From NCBI RefSeq assembly GCF_049243625.1, contig NZ_CP046975.1: a stretch of DNA of 32,000 nucleotides. One strand, written 5' to 3'. The stretch is from Corynebacterium amycolatum. Lineage in GTDB: Bacteria; Actinomycetota; Actinomycetes; Mycobacteriales; Mycobacteriaceae. Positions within the stretch are counted from its first letter, which is position 1. Each line of letters opens with the position of its first letter. Below are positions 19,444 through 28,824 of the stretch, one piece after another. Under the pieces are notes generated by a model, which saw nothing but the letters and a program-made list of their open reading frames with translations, ran no database searches and was not told where the DNA came from. The position numbers were made by a program, and so were the translations under genes.

Positions 19444-19848
19444 TTCTCCACATGTCCACAGTCCTGTGGACAAAATACTCCACTGTTCACCTAGGTGAAC
19501 ATGGACCAAGAAGCACGTTACGGGTCCCAATTTTCACAAATTACAAGAATCCACAGTTGTCCACAGACTTGTGCACATGTGTGGATAATTCCATTCTTGT
19601 AATTTACGAACCAGCGTTCGAAAGTGGTCGAACTCCGCAGAATATTGGAATTACATACAAGTTGACTTGCAACTATGTTACTTGTTCACAGAATTATCCA
19701 CAGGCTGTGGATACTGTGGACACAGGGGATAGAGCCAAAGTTGTCATGCTTTACGGTTTCTGTCATGTAACCCGTGAGAATTTTGGGACGAAATCTCTCC
19801 ACAGTTATCCACAAATTACATGATTGTTACACAGGTTTCTGTGGATAA
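19444..19848. other. Dense DnaA-box cluster (about 13 boxes) in the convergent ppiA-crgA spacer; oriC-like or datA-like element
   Basis: Exact TTATCCACA at 19694-19702 and 19805-19813, and its complement TGTGGATAA at 19580-19588 and 19840-19848. Exact TTGTCCACA at 19557-19565, and its complement at 19465-19473. One-mismatch boxes at 19444-19452, 19452-19460, 19682-19690, 19706-19714 and 19715-19723. Two-mismatch boxes at 19547-19555 and 19795-19803. Confidence 0.8.
19485..19500. promoter_or_regulatory. Perfect 16-bp palindrome GTTCACCTAGGTGAAC inside the DnaA-box cluster
   Basis: Read directly from the sequence. Its size and symmetry fit a dimeric HTH operator. Confidence 0.3.
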
Positions 19849-19948
19849 CTTTTTTGCGCGATCAATAGGAGGGAAATCCCCATTCTCCGAAAAAGGTGTG
19901 GGAAACGGGTGTATTGACGGGGGTGAATTGACCTGGGTTTTTAGGTAT

Positions 19949-19979
19949 GAAAAAGGCGCATCCAAAAGTGGATGCGCCT
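19949..19979 (-). terminator. Rho-independent terminator of crgA
   Basis: 11-bp perfect stem AGGCGCATCCA / TGGATGCGCCT (19954-19979), 4-nt loop, followed on the minus strand by T5. Confidence 0.85.
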
Positions 19980-20004
19980 GAGGAGTGCGGTGTATTAGAG
20001 CTGA

Positions 20005-20274
20005 CTAACGCCAACCCATAGTCATCAGCAGACCAACAATGAAAAGACCAAAGCCGATGACGTAGTTCCATGCGTTCAAAGTCACCATGAACGGAATATG
20101 CGGACCCGCGATGTAGTTGACCAGCAGCCAGCCCAAACCAATCAGCATGAACCCGAACATCAGCACCTTGTACCACACCGGTGTCTGAGTGCTGTTGATC
20201 TTGACCGGGGTACGGCTGACGGAGGAGCCACCGGATTGTGGTGAATTAGTGCTTTCAATCTTTGCCTTAGGCAT
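20005..20274 (-). CDS. crgA: Cell division protein CrgA (89 aa)
   Basis: MPKAK...VSRTPVKI N-terminus. Two TM helices. C-terminal [23 protein letters not shown] matches the CrgA family. Conserved neighbourhood. Confidence 0.92.
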   Translation of the reverse strand: MPKAKIESTNSPQSGGSSVSRTPVKINSTQTPVWYKVLMFGFMLIGLGWLLVNYIAGPHIPFMVTLNAWNYVIGFGLFIVGLLMTMGWR

Positions 20275-20409
20275 AGCGCTTTAAACTCCTTAGGTTGTGG
20301 TCAGCAGGTTGCGATCAGCGCGGTATCTACACTCCCGCGGTATATGCATAATTGTAAACTTTGCATCCGAACTTACCAGTGAAGTTCGCAGGCAGTAGAA
20401 TTCCCAGTT

Positions 20410-21081
20410 ATGCAGATTCTCGTCGTCGATAACTATGACAGCTTCGTATTCAATCTGGTCCAGTACATAGGCCAGCTCGGCGAAACGGTGACTGTCTGGC
20501 GCAATGATGATGCGCGTCTCCGCGATGTTGACGACGTCGTAAAGCAATTTGATGCAATCCTACTGTCGCCCGGTCCCGGTGAGCCGTCCAATGCTGGATG
20601 GACAGAGGACATTATTCGCGCGGTGAGCAGGCAGGACGATCCGACACCGGTGTTGGGTGTGTGCTTGGGTCATCAGGCGATTGGTGAGGTCTTTGGTGCG
20701 CAGGTCGTGCGTGCCGACGAGCTGTTGCACGGCAAGACTTCCCCGGTCACACACGACGGCACGGGTGTGCTGGCCGATGTGCCCAGTCCTTTTATTGCCA
20801 CGCGCTACCACTCGTTGACGGTCGATCCGAAGACACTGCCGGAGGAACTCATTGCCACGGCATTCACCGATTCGGGCATGCTGATGGCGATGCGCCACCG
20901 CGACCTGCCGATTCACGGCGTGCAGTACCACCCGGAGTCGGTGCTCACCCAGTACGGGCACCGCATGCTCGTCAACTGGCTGCGCCTGGCCGGTGGCGAG
21001 TACTCCGAGGAACTCCTGGCGGAGTTGGAGGAACAGCAGGCCGTGTACCAGCGCGCCTTCTCAGATGTGCTGGCACACTAG
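20410..21081 (+). CDS. pabA: Class I glutamine amidotransferase, anthranilate / aminodeoxychorismate synthase component II (223 aa)
   Basis: MQILVVDNYDSFVFNLVQYIGQLG. Catalytic Cys GVCLGHQAIG. GVQYHPES. Syntenic with mycobacterial trpG (Rv0013). Confidence 0.92.
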   Translation: MQILVVDNYDSFVFNLVQYIGQLGETVTVWRNDDARLRDVDDVVKQFDAILLSPGPGEPSNAGWTEDIIRAVSRQDDPTPVLGVCLGHQAIGEVFGAQVVRADELLHGKTSPVTHDGTGVLADVPSPFIATRYHSLTVDPKTLPEELIATAFTDSGMLMAMRHRDLPIHGVQYHPESVLTQYGHRMLVNWLRLAGGEYSEELLAELEEQQAVYQRAFSDVLAH

Positions 21082-21084
21082 CCG

Positions 21085-23139
21085 TTAGTTAGGCAGCAAA
21101 TCCGGCAGCCTTAGGGGAGGTTCCGGCGCAGGCTCGTCCTCAGAACCCTCCGGAGCAACCCCAAGCCGGTAGACACGCAGGGTGACCTCGCCGTCCTTGT
21201 TCAGCTTAGACCCGGCCGACGGATTGGCCTTCTCCACGTGGTCGACCTTGGACAGATCCAGCGTGGTGACTTCCTCGGTGCGGATAGTTCCCTCGAATCC
21301 GGCATCGGCGAGTGCCTTCTCCGCATCACTGAGGGTCTGTCCCTCAACCCGTGGCATCTTAATTTGGTTACCACGCGAAACGTGCAGCTCAACCGTCGTA
21401 CCGACAGTGAGCTCCGAGCCCTTCTGCGGAACCTCAATGACGGTTCCCTGCTTCTCAGCGGAGTCCACCTCTACCACTTCGACAACGAAACCAGCGGATT
21501 CGAGGGTCGTGCGGGCGGAATCCAAAGTCTGACCAGTGACATCCGGAACAGTCTTGGTCTCGATACCGGAGGAGACAGTCAAGGTTACGCGGGTTCCCTT
21601 CGATACCTGAGAACCGGCAGCTGGAGACTGCTCGATAACGTTGCCGCGCGGAACGTCCTCATTCGGTTCCTCTTGCAGCTTTGGATTGACGACAAGCCCC
21701 GCCTCCTCGAGCAGGCGGCGAGCTTCCTCGGCCTGTTTGTCGCGCACATCCGGCACATTGGTCAACTCCGGGCCCGAAGATACGCGCAGCTTGATGCGAG
21801 ATCCCTGCGGCAACCCCGATCCGACACCCGGTTCCGTGGCGATCACCGTGTCTCGGGGGACATCTGGGTTCGGCTCATCGACGCGGTTGACTACAAAACC
21901 AGCCTCCTCGAGAACCTGCGTTGCCTCATTGACATTTAGACCCTCGACCTGCGGAATGGCAACGGTCTCGACCTCGGTGGACGAGTTGAAGAGCTGGTAG
22001 GCGCCGTAGCCGACACCGCCGAGAGCCACCATTGCAGCAGCCACCAGCGCGACAGTCTTTCCTGCGCCGCCTTTCTTTTTCTCGGGCTCGTCAGTGTTAG
22101 CGATCTGAGCAGGGGCCTCCGACTGGTCCGCTGCTTCCTTCGGTTCAGGAGCGGGAGCAGGGACAGGGGCCGGAGTTGCCTGCTGTGCAGGGGTCACCCG
22201 AGTCTCAGCATCCGACGGAGCTGCCGGAAGGAATTCGGTGGTCTTCGCGTCGTCGTCATGCGCGCCGTGGTGCGCCAGCGCCAACGGATCCTCGCCGCGT
22301 GCAAGACGACGCAAATCCTGGGCGAAGTCCTCTGCGGTGTCGTAGCGCTCCATCGGATCCTTGGCCATCGCGGTCAACAGCACCGCGTCGAGGCCCTGAG
22401 CCGTGTTCGGGTCGGTGTTGAGCTTCCCCGAAGGGCGCGGCGGCTGATCCTGAACATGCTGGTAAGCGACAGAAAGAGGGGTTTCACCGGTGAATGGCGG
22501 GGCGCCCGTGACAGCCTCGAAAAGTACGCAACCGACAGCGTAAATATCAGAACGTGCATCGGCGGTCTTACCGCGCGCCTGCTCCGGCGAAAGGTACTGC
22601 GCGGTACCCAGCACGGCCGCAGTCTGCGTCATCGTGGTGGAATCACCGAGCGCGCGAGCGATGCCGAAGTCCATCACCTTCACCTTGCCGGTGTTGGTCA
22701 GCATGATGTTCGCCGGCTTGATGTCACGGTGAATGATGCCGGCATGGTGGGATGCCGTCAGTGCGTCACACACCGATGCCATTATCGACGTGGCTTTCTT
22801 CGGGTCGAGCCGCCCCTCACGACGAACAAGGTCACGCAGCGTCTCACCCTGAATCAGCTCCATGACAATGAAAGGCACACGCCCCATCGGGCTATCCGTC
22901 TCGCCGGTGTCGTACACCGACACGATAGACGGGTGATTCAGTAGTGCTGAGTTTTTCGCTTCACGACGGAACCTTGCGAGGAAGTTCTCATCCCTGGCAA
23001 GGTCGGCCCTCATCATCTTGACCGCGACAGAGCGACCGAGAACAGTATCTTCAGCTCGGTAAACATCGGACATGCCGCCAACGCCAATGAGCTCGCCGAG
23101 CCGATAACGGCCGGAGAGGAGATCGTCATTGCCAGACAT
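21085..23139 (-). CDS. pknB: Ser/Thr protein kinase PknB with four PASTA domains (684 aa)
   Basis: Kinase motifs GVGGMSDVY, HRDIKPANIM, DFGIA and SPEQ. One TM helix. Four PASTA repeats, each ending in L..AGF(VV). Confidence 0.97.
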   Translation of the reverse strand: MSGNDDLLSGRYRLGELIGVGGMSDVYRAEDTVLGRSVAVKMMRADLARDENFLARFRREAKNSALLNHPSIVSVYDTGETDSPMGRVPFIVMELIQGETLRDLVRREGRLDPKKATSIMASVCDALTASHHAGIIHRDIKPANIMLTNTGKVKVMDFGIARALGDSTTMTQTAAVLGTAQYLSPEQARGKTADARSDIYAVGCVLFEAVTGAPPFTGETPLSVAYQHVQDQPPRPSGKLNTDPNTAQGLDAVLLTAMAKDPMERYDTAEDFAQDLRRLARGEDPLALAHHGAHDDDAKTTEFLPAAPSDAETRVTPAQQATPAPVPAPAPEPKEAADQSEAPAQIANTDEPEKKKGGAGKTVALVAAAMVALGGVGYGAYQLFNSSTEVETVAIPQVEGLNVNEATQVLEEAGFVVNRVDEPNPDVPRDTVIATEPGVGSGLPQGSRIKLRVSSGPELTNVPDVRDKQAEEARRLLEEAGLVVNPKLQEEPNEDVPRGNVIEQSPAAGSQVSKGTRVTLTVSSGIETKTVPDVTGQTLDSARTTLESAGFVVEVVEVDSAEKQGTVIEVPQKGSELTVGTTVELHVSRGNQIKMPRVEGQTLSDAEKALADAGFEGTIRTEEVTTLDLSKVDHVEKANPSAGSKLNKDGEVTLRVYRLGVAPEGSEDEPAPEPPLRLPDLLPN

Positions 23140-23192
23140 TGTTCGTCAGTCCCTTCGGAAGGATTTCCACCAAAACATCTTGTACCTGAATA

Positions 23193-24680
23193 TTACTGTG
23201 CATCTGGAGTCCCCAAGGTATTACCGGACCCATTTTCCGGGGGCAGTTGAATGCCGGGCAGACCACCGCCAGTGGAGTCGTCGCTATTGTCGTTGCCCGA
23301 ATCCTGAGTCGGTTCGGAGGTATCCGGGGCGGTCTCGCTGGTGTCCTGTTCAGTGGAGCTGTCAGAAGCACCATCATTGTTGCCACCGTAGTTTTCACCA
23401 GAGTTGTCGCCGTAGCTGCCACCGTCGTTATTTCCCCAGTTACCGGAATTGTCGTCCGACCAACCGGAACCGTTGCTGGAGTCAGAGTTTTCTTCCGTGG
23501 TTTGCTGCTGTGACTGGTTCGGAATGTACTGCTCCAAGTTTGGAATGGTTGGCAGTGAACCGGTTGTCGACAGCGAATAGACAACAGCGATAGCACCGGC
23601 CAGTAACACTAGCAGTACCAACAGCACAATGCTGCCGCAGCCACAACCGCAGCCGCTGCGCTTCTTTGCCGGCTTTCGCTGCCGAGTGGGTTGCTGCGGT
23701 GGCCGCTGTGGCTGCTGCTGTGGTTGCGACACCGGCATGGGCGGTCGCGTCATGGCACCGAGTTCGGTGGTCGCCGGGTTGGCAGCGTTGGATTGACGGT
23801 GCACCGTTGGGGTCACACCACGCGGCTGCGGTGGGCGGTGCCCCGCGCGCACTCGCAAAACAGCCTGTGCCAGCTCGCGGCCATCGGCATAGCGACGCTG
23901 CGGATCCTTGCGCAGCATAATGCCGATAAGTTCGCGGATATGCGGATTGACCGTCGGCGCCAACGCAGGCGGTGCCTCGTTGATGTGTGCCACGGCAACC
24001 GCGACGGTGGAGTCGCCCTGGAAGGGGCGGGCGCCGGCCACCATTTCGTAGGCGACACAGCCAAGCGAGTAAATGTCAGTCGCCGGACTTACCTGTTTGC
24101 CCTGCGCCTGCTCCGGTGAGACATACTGCGCGGTACCGACGACCATGCCGGTACGCGTCAGAGGCACCGCTTCGGCGGCCTTGGCAATGCCAAAGTCGGT
24201 AATCTTCACGGTGCCCTCCGGCGTCACCAGCAGGTTGCCCGGCTTAATGTCGCGGTGGACAAGGTTCGCAGCGTGAATTGCCGACAGGCCGTGCGCAGTC
24301 TGCTCCAGCACGTCGAGCATCAGGTGCTCTGGCAGGGTGCGACGTCGCTGCAGCACCTGCGACAGAGATTCGCCACGGATGTACTCCATGACGATGTAAC
24401 ACGCGCCGTGGCTGCCGATATCGCCTTCCTCGTACGTGACAATCTTCACCACGTTTGGGCTGTTGACGCTGCGTGCAGCAGCGGCTTCGTTCTGGAAGCG
24501 CTGCCGGAACTCGTAGTTGTCCGAGTACTCCTGATTCAGAAGTTTGATCGCAACTAGTTCGCCGCTGGTGGCGTCGTCGGCAAGCCAGACGGTGGACATA
24601 CCGCCACGGCCGAGCAGACGGCGGACGTGATAGCGGTCGCCGACGATGTCTTGAACTTGGTGGGCATCCATGCTTATCAA
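23193..24680 (-). CDS. pknA: Ser/Thr protein kinase PknA (495 aa; alternative start ATG 24671)
   Basis: GRGGMSTVW, HRDIKPGNLL, DFGIAKA. TM helix IVLLVLLVLLAGAIAVVY. TTGA overlap with the pbpA stop. Confidence 0.95.
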   Translation of the reverse strand: MISMDAHQVQDIVGDRYHVRRLLGRGGMSTVWLADDATSGELVAIKLLNQEYSDNYEFRQRFQNEAAAARSVNSPNVVKIVTYEEGDIGSHGACYIVMEYIRGESLSQVLQRRRTLPEHLMLDVLEQTAHGLSAIHAANLVHRDIKPGNLLVTPEGTVKITDFGIAKAAEAVPLTRTGMVVGTAQYVSPEQAQGKQVSPATDIYSLGCVAYEMVAGARPFQGDSTVAVAVAHINEAPPALAPTVNPHIRELIGIMLRKDPQRRYADGRELAQAVLRVRAGHRPPQPRGVTPTVHRQSNAANPATTELGAMTRPPMPVSQPQQQPQRPPQQPTRQRKPAKKRSGCGCGCGSIVLLVLLVLLAGAIAVVYSLSTTGSLPTIPNLEQYIPNQSQQQTTEENSDSSNGSGWSDDNSGNWGNNDGGSYGDNSGENYGGNNDGASDSSTEQDTSETAPDTSEPTQDSGNDNSDDSTGGGLPGIQLPPENGSGNTLGTPDAQ

Positions 24681-26110
24681 CCCGCCTGTTCGACCGCGTC
24701 AATGAGCGCACGGCCAATCGGGGCAGCAACGGAGGCGCCGGTAGCGCCCTGGCCTTGACCGCCACCGTTTTCCACGACGACGGCCACGGCGACATCGGAG
24801 TCCGGAGCGAAGGCGATGTACCAAACGTGCGGCGCGTACTCGCCGCGGACAGCACCGTGTTCCGCGGTACCGGTCTTGGAGGCGATACGCGAACCGTTAC
24901 CGCCCGAATGTGACTCTGAACCGCGCATCAGCTCAGTTACGGTTTCTGCGATCTCCGGCGAAATCGCCTCGTCGGCTTCAATCGGCTTGAAGGACTTGAT
25001 CTCGGAGAGGTCGGCACCGCGCACCGATTTGATGATCTGGGGTTCCATGCGCACGCCGCCGTTGGCAATCGTGGCGGCGATGATGGCGTTGTCCAGTGGT
25101 GTAAAGGACACGTCGCGCTGACCAATGGAGGTTTGCCCCAGCGAGGACTGATCCGGAATCTCACCGACGGTGGAGGGCTGAATCGGCAGGCCCGCGTCGT
25201 CGTGGGTCTCACCGATGCCGAATCGCTTGGCGACGTCCTTGAGCGCATCGGCCCCGTACTGCATACCGAGCTCCGCGAACGCCGTATTACAGGACTGTGC
25301 GAAAGCCTGGCGGAGAGTCGTAGTAGCCCCGCCACAGGTCGAGCCACCGTAGTTTTCCAACGTGGTGGTGGTATCCGGCAGCGTAATCTGCGGTGCGCCA
25401 GTGACCGAGGTGTCCGGGGAGGCGCCTTGCTCCAGTGCCGTGACCGTGGTCAACACCTTGAAAGTGGAACCCGGCGGCAGCGGACGCTGAGTGGCGTGGT
25501 TGAGCAGCGGTGCGCCCTCATTGTTATTGAGGGACTGCCAGGTACTCTCGTCGCCGGCCGCGATGTCATTCGGGTTGAACGACGGTGTGGAGGCCATCGC
25601 GAGAATTTCACCCGTCGATGGGCGAATGGCGACGGCGGAGCCGACGTAGCCGCGTTCAGCGAGTTGTTGGTACGCAGTCCGCTGAGCGTTCGGCAACAGC
25701 GTCAGCTCTGCGGAAGCCCCAGAAGGTTCCTTGCCCGTGACCATGTCGAGGGCGCGGGAAGTAAACAGCGAAGGGTCGCTGCCGTTCAAGATTCCGTTTT
25801 GAGAGCGTTCGATACCGGCGGAGCCGTAGATGTCCGACAGGTATCCGACCACCGCGGCATATGCCTCCGGGTCGGTGTCGTAGCTGCGGTCATAGAAGCC
25901 GTTCTCGCCCTTGACCGAGTGGGCCAGAATGTCGCCGTCAGTGGTGATCTGGCCGCGAGGTTTGGACTTTTCCTCCAGGAACTGGCGGCTATTCAGCGGA
26001 TTGTGGGCGTACTTATCCTGCTGGAAGCCCTGGATGTAGGTCAGGTTCGCCAGTAGAAGAACGAAGAGCCCGAGTACGACAACAAAGATTTGGCGAATGG
26101 TCTTATTCAT
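24677..26110 (-). CDS. pbpA: Penicillin-binding protein A, class B transpeptidase (477 aa)
   Basis: SxxK (GSTFK), SxN (SCN) and KTG (SKTGTAE) motifs. N-terminal membrane anchor. Confidence 0.95.
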   Translation of the reverse strand: MNKTIRQIFVVVLGLFVLLLANLTYIQGFQQDKYAHNPLNSRQFLEEKSKPRGQITTDGDILAHSVKGENGFYDRSYDTDPEAYAAVVGYLSDIYGSAGIERSQNGILNGSDPSLFTSRALDMVTGKEPSGASAELTLLPNAQRTAYQQLAERGYVGSAVAIRPSTGEILAMASTPSFNPNDIAAGDESTWQSLNNNEGAPLLNHATQRPLPPGSTFKVLTTVTALEQGASPDTSVTGAPQITLPDTTTTLENYGGSTCGGATTTLRQAFAQSCNTAFAELGMQYGADALKDVAKRFGIGETHDDAGLPIQPSTVGEIPDQSSLGQTSIGQRDVSFTPLDNAIIAATIANGGVRMEPQIIKSVRGADLSEIKSFKPIEADEAISPEIAETVTELMRGSESHSGGNGSRIASKTGTAEHGAVRGEYAPHVWYIAFAPDSDVAVAVVVENGGGQGQGATGASVAAPIGRALIDAVEQAG

Positions 26111-27472
26111 CTACTGGTTCACCCCCTGAGCTGCGTTGGCATTGTCGTTGAGGCCAGAAGGGGTGCTTGGAATGCCCCAGGGGCGGTTGGCCTCGTCAGA
26201 GACGCGCAGCACGATGGCCAACATGATGTAGCTGGCCAGCAGTGAGGAACCACCGGCTGACATGAACGGTGTAGTCAGACCGGTTAGTGGCATCAGCTTG
26301 GAAACACCGGCTGCAACCACGAACAGCTGAATGGCCATCGAGAATGCGATGCCGGCCGCCAGCAGCTTGCCGAAGGAATCACGTACCGCCAAGCTCGCCG
26401 AAATACCGCGCGAAATCAGAATCGCGAACAGCAGGATGATGGCACTCAGACCGGTAAAACCGAGCTCCTCGCCAAAGGCGGAGAGGATGAAGTCAGAGTG
26501 TGCCACCGGAATGTTCTGTGGGTAGCCCTGACCCAGACCGGTGCCACCGATGCCACCCCAGCTCATGCCGAACAGCCCCTGGGAGAGCTGGTAGCCACCC
26601 TCGTCGTAGGAACCCAACGGATCCAGGAAATGCGTGACTCGCGCCTGAATCTTGTCCGAAACCATGTAGACACCGACAACACCGATGGTCACCAGCCCCA
26701 TGCCGATGATGAGCCAGGAACCACGACCGGTGGCAGCGTAGAGCATTGCCAGCACAGTGCCGAAGAGCACCAGCGCCGGACCAAAGTCATTCTGCAGAGC
26801 CATGATGACAGTAGCGATGCCCCAGATCAGCAGAATCGGGCCCAGATCGCGAACACGCGGGAAATCAATGCCCAGGAAACGCTTACCCGCCACATTGAAC
26901 AGCGAGCGCTTATTCACCAGCAGCTGTGCGAAGAAGATCAGCAACATGACCTTGGCAAACTCACCAGGCTGCATGGAAAACGGGCCGATGGAAATCCAGA
27001 TGCGGGCATCAGCATTAATCGACGACGGCCACACCAGCGGCAGCGCCAACAGAATCAAGCCGCCGAGACCCAGCAGATACGAGTACTGCGACAGTGAGTG
27101 ATGGTTGCGCAGCAGGACGATCACGCCGATAAACAGTGCGACACTGAGCACGGTCCACATGATCTGGTTGCGCACTAACGAGGTGTCATTGGCCAGGTCG
27201 AGGCGGTGAATCATCACCAACCCCAAGGCATTGAGAGTGGCTGCAACCGGCAGCATCACCTGATCGGCGTTGGGCGCCACAAAGGTCAGTGCGATATGCG
27301 CCACTGCAAAGATTACAAAGAATCCGCCAATGATGTAAAAGACATCGGCGGTCAGAGAGTTGCCCTGAGCCAGTTCCAGCGAAATAAGTGCCAAAAGCAA
27401 CAATCCTGCCGACAGCAGCAGCAGGAGCATTTCCTTCATCCGAAGCTGTCGCTTCGCGGTAGTTTCACTCAT
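26111..27472 (-). CDS. rodA: SEDS-family peptidoglycan polymerase RodA/FtsW (453 aa)
   Basis: Polytopic membrane protein with SEDS-like segments (PGEFAKV, AHSDFI..A.GEELG). Directly abuts the pbpA start. Confidence 0.93.
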   Translation of the reverse strand: MSETTAKRQLRMKEMLLLLLSAGLLLLALISLELAQGNSLTADVFYIIGGFFVIFAVAHIALTFVAPNADQVMLPVAATLNALGLVMIHRLDLANDTSLVRNQIMWTVLSVALFIGVIVLLRNHHSLSQYSYLLGLGGLILLALPLVWPSSINADARIWISIGPFSMQPGEFAKVMLLIFFAQLLVNKRSLFNVAGKRFLGIDFPRVRDLGPILLIWGIATVIMALQNDFGPALVLFGTVLAMLYAATGRGSWLIIGMGLVTIGVVGVYMVSDKIQARVTHFLDPLGSYDEGGYQLSQGLFGMSWGGIGGTGLGQGYPQNIPVAHSDFILSAFGEELGFTGLSAIILLFAILISRGISASLAVRDSFGKLLAAGIAFSMAIQLFVVAAGVSKLMPLTGLTTPFMSAGGSSLLASYIMLAIVLRVSDEANRPWGIPSTPSGLNDNANAAQGVNQ

Positions 27473-28824
27473 TTTCGCACCTGCCTACAGTTGACTCCTG
27501 GCTTCGAACCCAGCTTTTCATCCTTCTTGTCGGCGGAAGTTGCGTCCTTGTCGTCGTCGGACACGGACAGACATACCGGCAGTGCCGACTCCGCCAAACG
27601 GCCAATCTGGTCGCTGACACCGTCGTAGGAATCAGCCGGCAGACCTTCCAGCGAATTGCGTGCCGCCGGCGAGAGATCTTCCGGCGTCATGATGTGGCAG
27701 TCGACCTTCTCCTTCGGCGTCCCAGCCGGAGGCAGCTGAACTTTGTTGTCATCGGTCAAACAGATGAACTGATGCGGCTCTTGCAGATCGAAGCCCAGCA
27801 AACTACCGGGCACGCCATGCATCAACTGCACCTGCCCGTCAACCACCGCGAGATGGTACATCGACTCCTTCTTCTGCCAGCCCCAAATACCAAGGCCGAC
27901 CAAACCGGCCACCAGCACCAGCACCACAGAAACAACTAGCCACTTGCCCTTGGAAGCCTTCTTCTCCGGCGCCGAAGTCACTGCAATTTCCTGCGACTTC
28001 CGCGGGCGGAGTGCCGCCGCGCGACCCGCTGCAGTATTGGGGCGGGGGAGTTCCTCCTCCGCACTCTGCAGGGCACCGGCCAGGGCGGGCTCGTAAGGCG
28101 TGCGTGCCGACGAATCGACAACATCGGCAACCACCACGGTGATGTTGTCCGGACCACCGGACTTCAACGCGTAGTCAATGAGCTTGGTAGCGGCCTCGTC
28201 CGGAGTCCCCTCCGAGAGCACATCCTTGATGGTGTCCGCGGACACCGGATCGGACAGGCCATCCGAGCACAGCAGGTAGCGATCGCCCTCGTGGACATCG
28301 CGATAAGACAAAGTAGGCTCCACCGGGCGACCGGTGAGAGCCTTCAAAATCAGTGAGCGCTGAGGGTGAATTGCCGCCTCTTCTTCGGTGAGATTGCCCT
28401 CGTCCACCAGCGACTGCACATAAGTGTCATCCCGGGTAATGCGGATGAGCTCCCCGTCGCGCAGCAGATAGCCACGCGAGTCACCGACATGGCACATGCC
28501 CAGGCGGGTGCCGTCGAAAAGCAGAGCAGTCAGCGTAGTGCCCATGCCTTGCGTAGAGGGGTTCTGCTCAATTTCATCCGCAATGGAATTATTGCCCTCT
28601 ATGCAGGCGCTGCGCAGGGACTCGAGCAAATCGGGGCCGGGCTGATCATTGTCCAGCCGAGAGACAGCCGCAATCATCAGCTGGGATGCGATTTCCCCGG
28701 CGGCGTGGCCACCCATGCCGTCGGCAAGCGCGAGCAGACGCGAACCCGCATAGGCGGAGTCCTCGTTGTTCTGTCGGATGAGGCCGCGGTCAGAGCGGGC
28801 CGTGTAATTCAGAGCAAGACTCAT
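27469..28824 (-). CDS. pstP: PP2C-family Ser/Thr phosphatase PstP (451 aa)
   Basis: RQNNEDS, ALADGMGGHAAGEIAS, LCSDGL, GGPDNITVVV. One TM helix plus an extracytoplasmic domain. ATGA overlaps on both sides. Confidence 0.95.
   Translation of the reverse strand: MSLALNYTARSDRGLIRQNNEDSAYAGSRLLALADGMGGHAAGEIASQLMIAAVSRLDNDQPGPDLLESLRSACIEGNNSIADEIEQNPSTQGMGTTLTALLFDGTRLGMCHVGDSRGYLLRDGELIRITRDDTYVQSLVDEGNLTEEEAAIHPQRSLILKALTGRPVEPTLSYRDVHEGDRYLLCSDGLSDPVSADTIKDVLSEGTPDEAATKLIDYALKSGGPDNITVVVADVVDSSARTPYEPALAGALQSAEEELPRPNTAAGRAAALRPRKSQEIAVTSAPEKKASKGKWLVVSVVLVLVAGLVGLGIWGWQKKESMYHLAVVDGQVQLMHGVPGSLLGFDLQEPHQFICLTDDNKVQLPPAGTPKEKVDCHIMTPEDLSPAARNSLEGLPADSYDGVSDQIGRLAESALPVCLSVSDDDKDATSADKKDEKLGSKPGVNCRQVRK

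Noticed and set aside
19440-19823. 127-aa ORF spanning the DnaA-box cluster
   Set aside because: TTG start with no RBS. Atypical low-GC composition with Cys/Thr/Tyr-rich peptide generated by the repeated TCCACA/TGTGGA motifs. It sits between two terminators. A structured non-coding element is more parsimonious.
25133-26056. 307-aa ORF antisense to pbpA
   Set aside because: pbpA carries the SxxK/SxN/KTG motifs. The antisense frame is Arg/Gly/Val-rich with no features.
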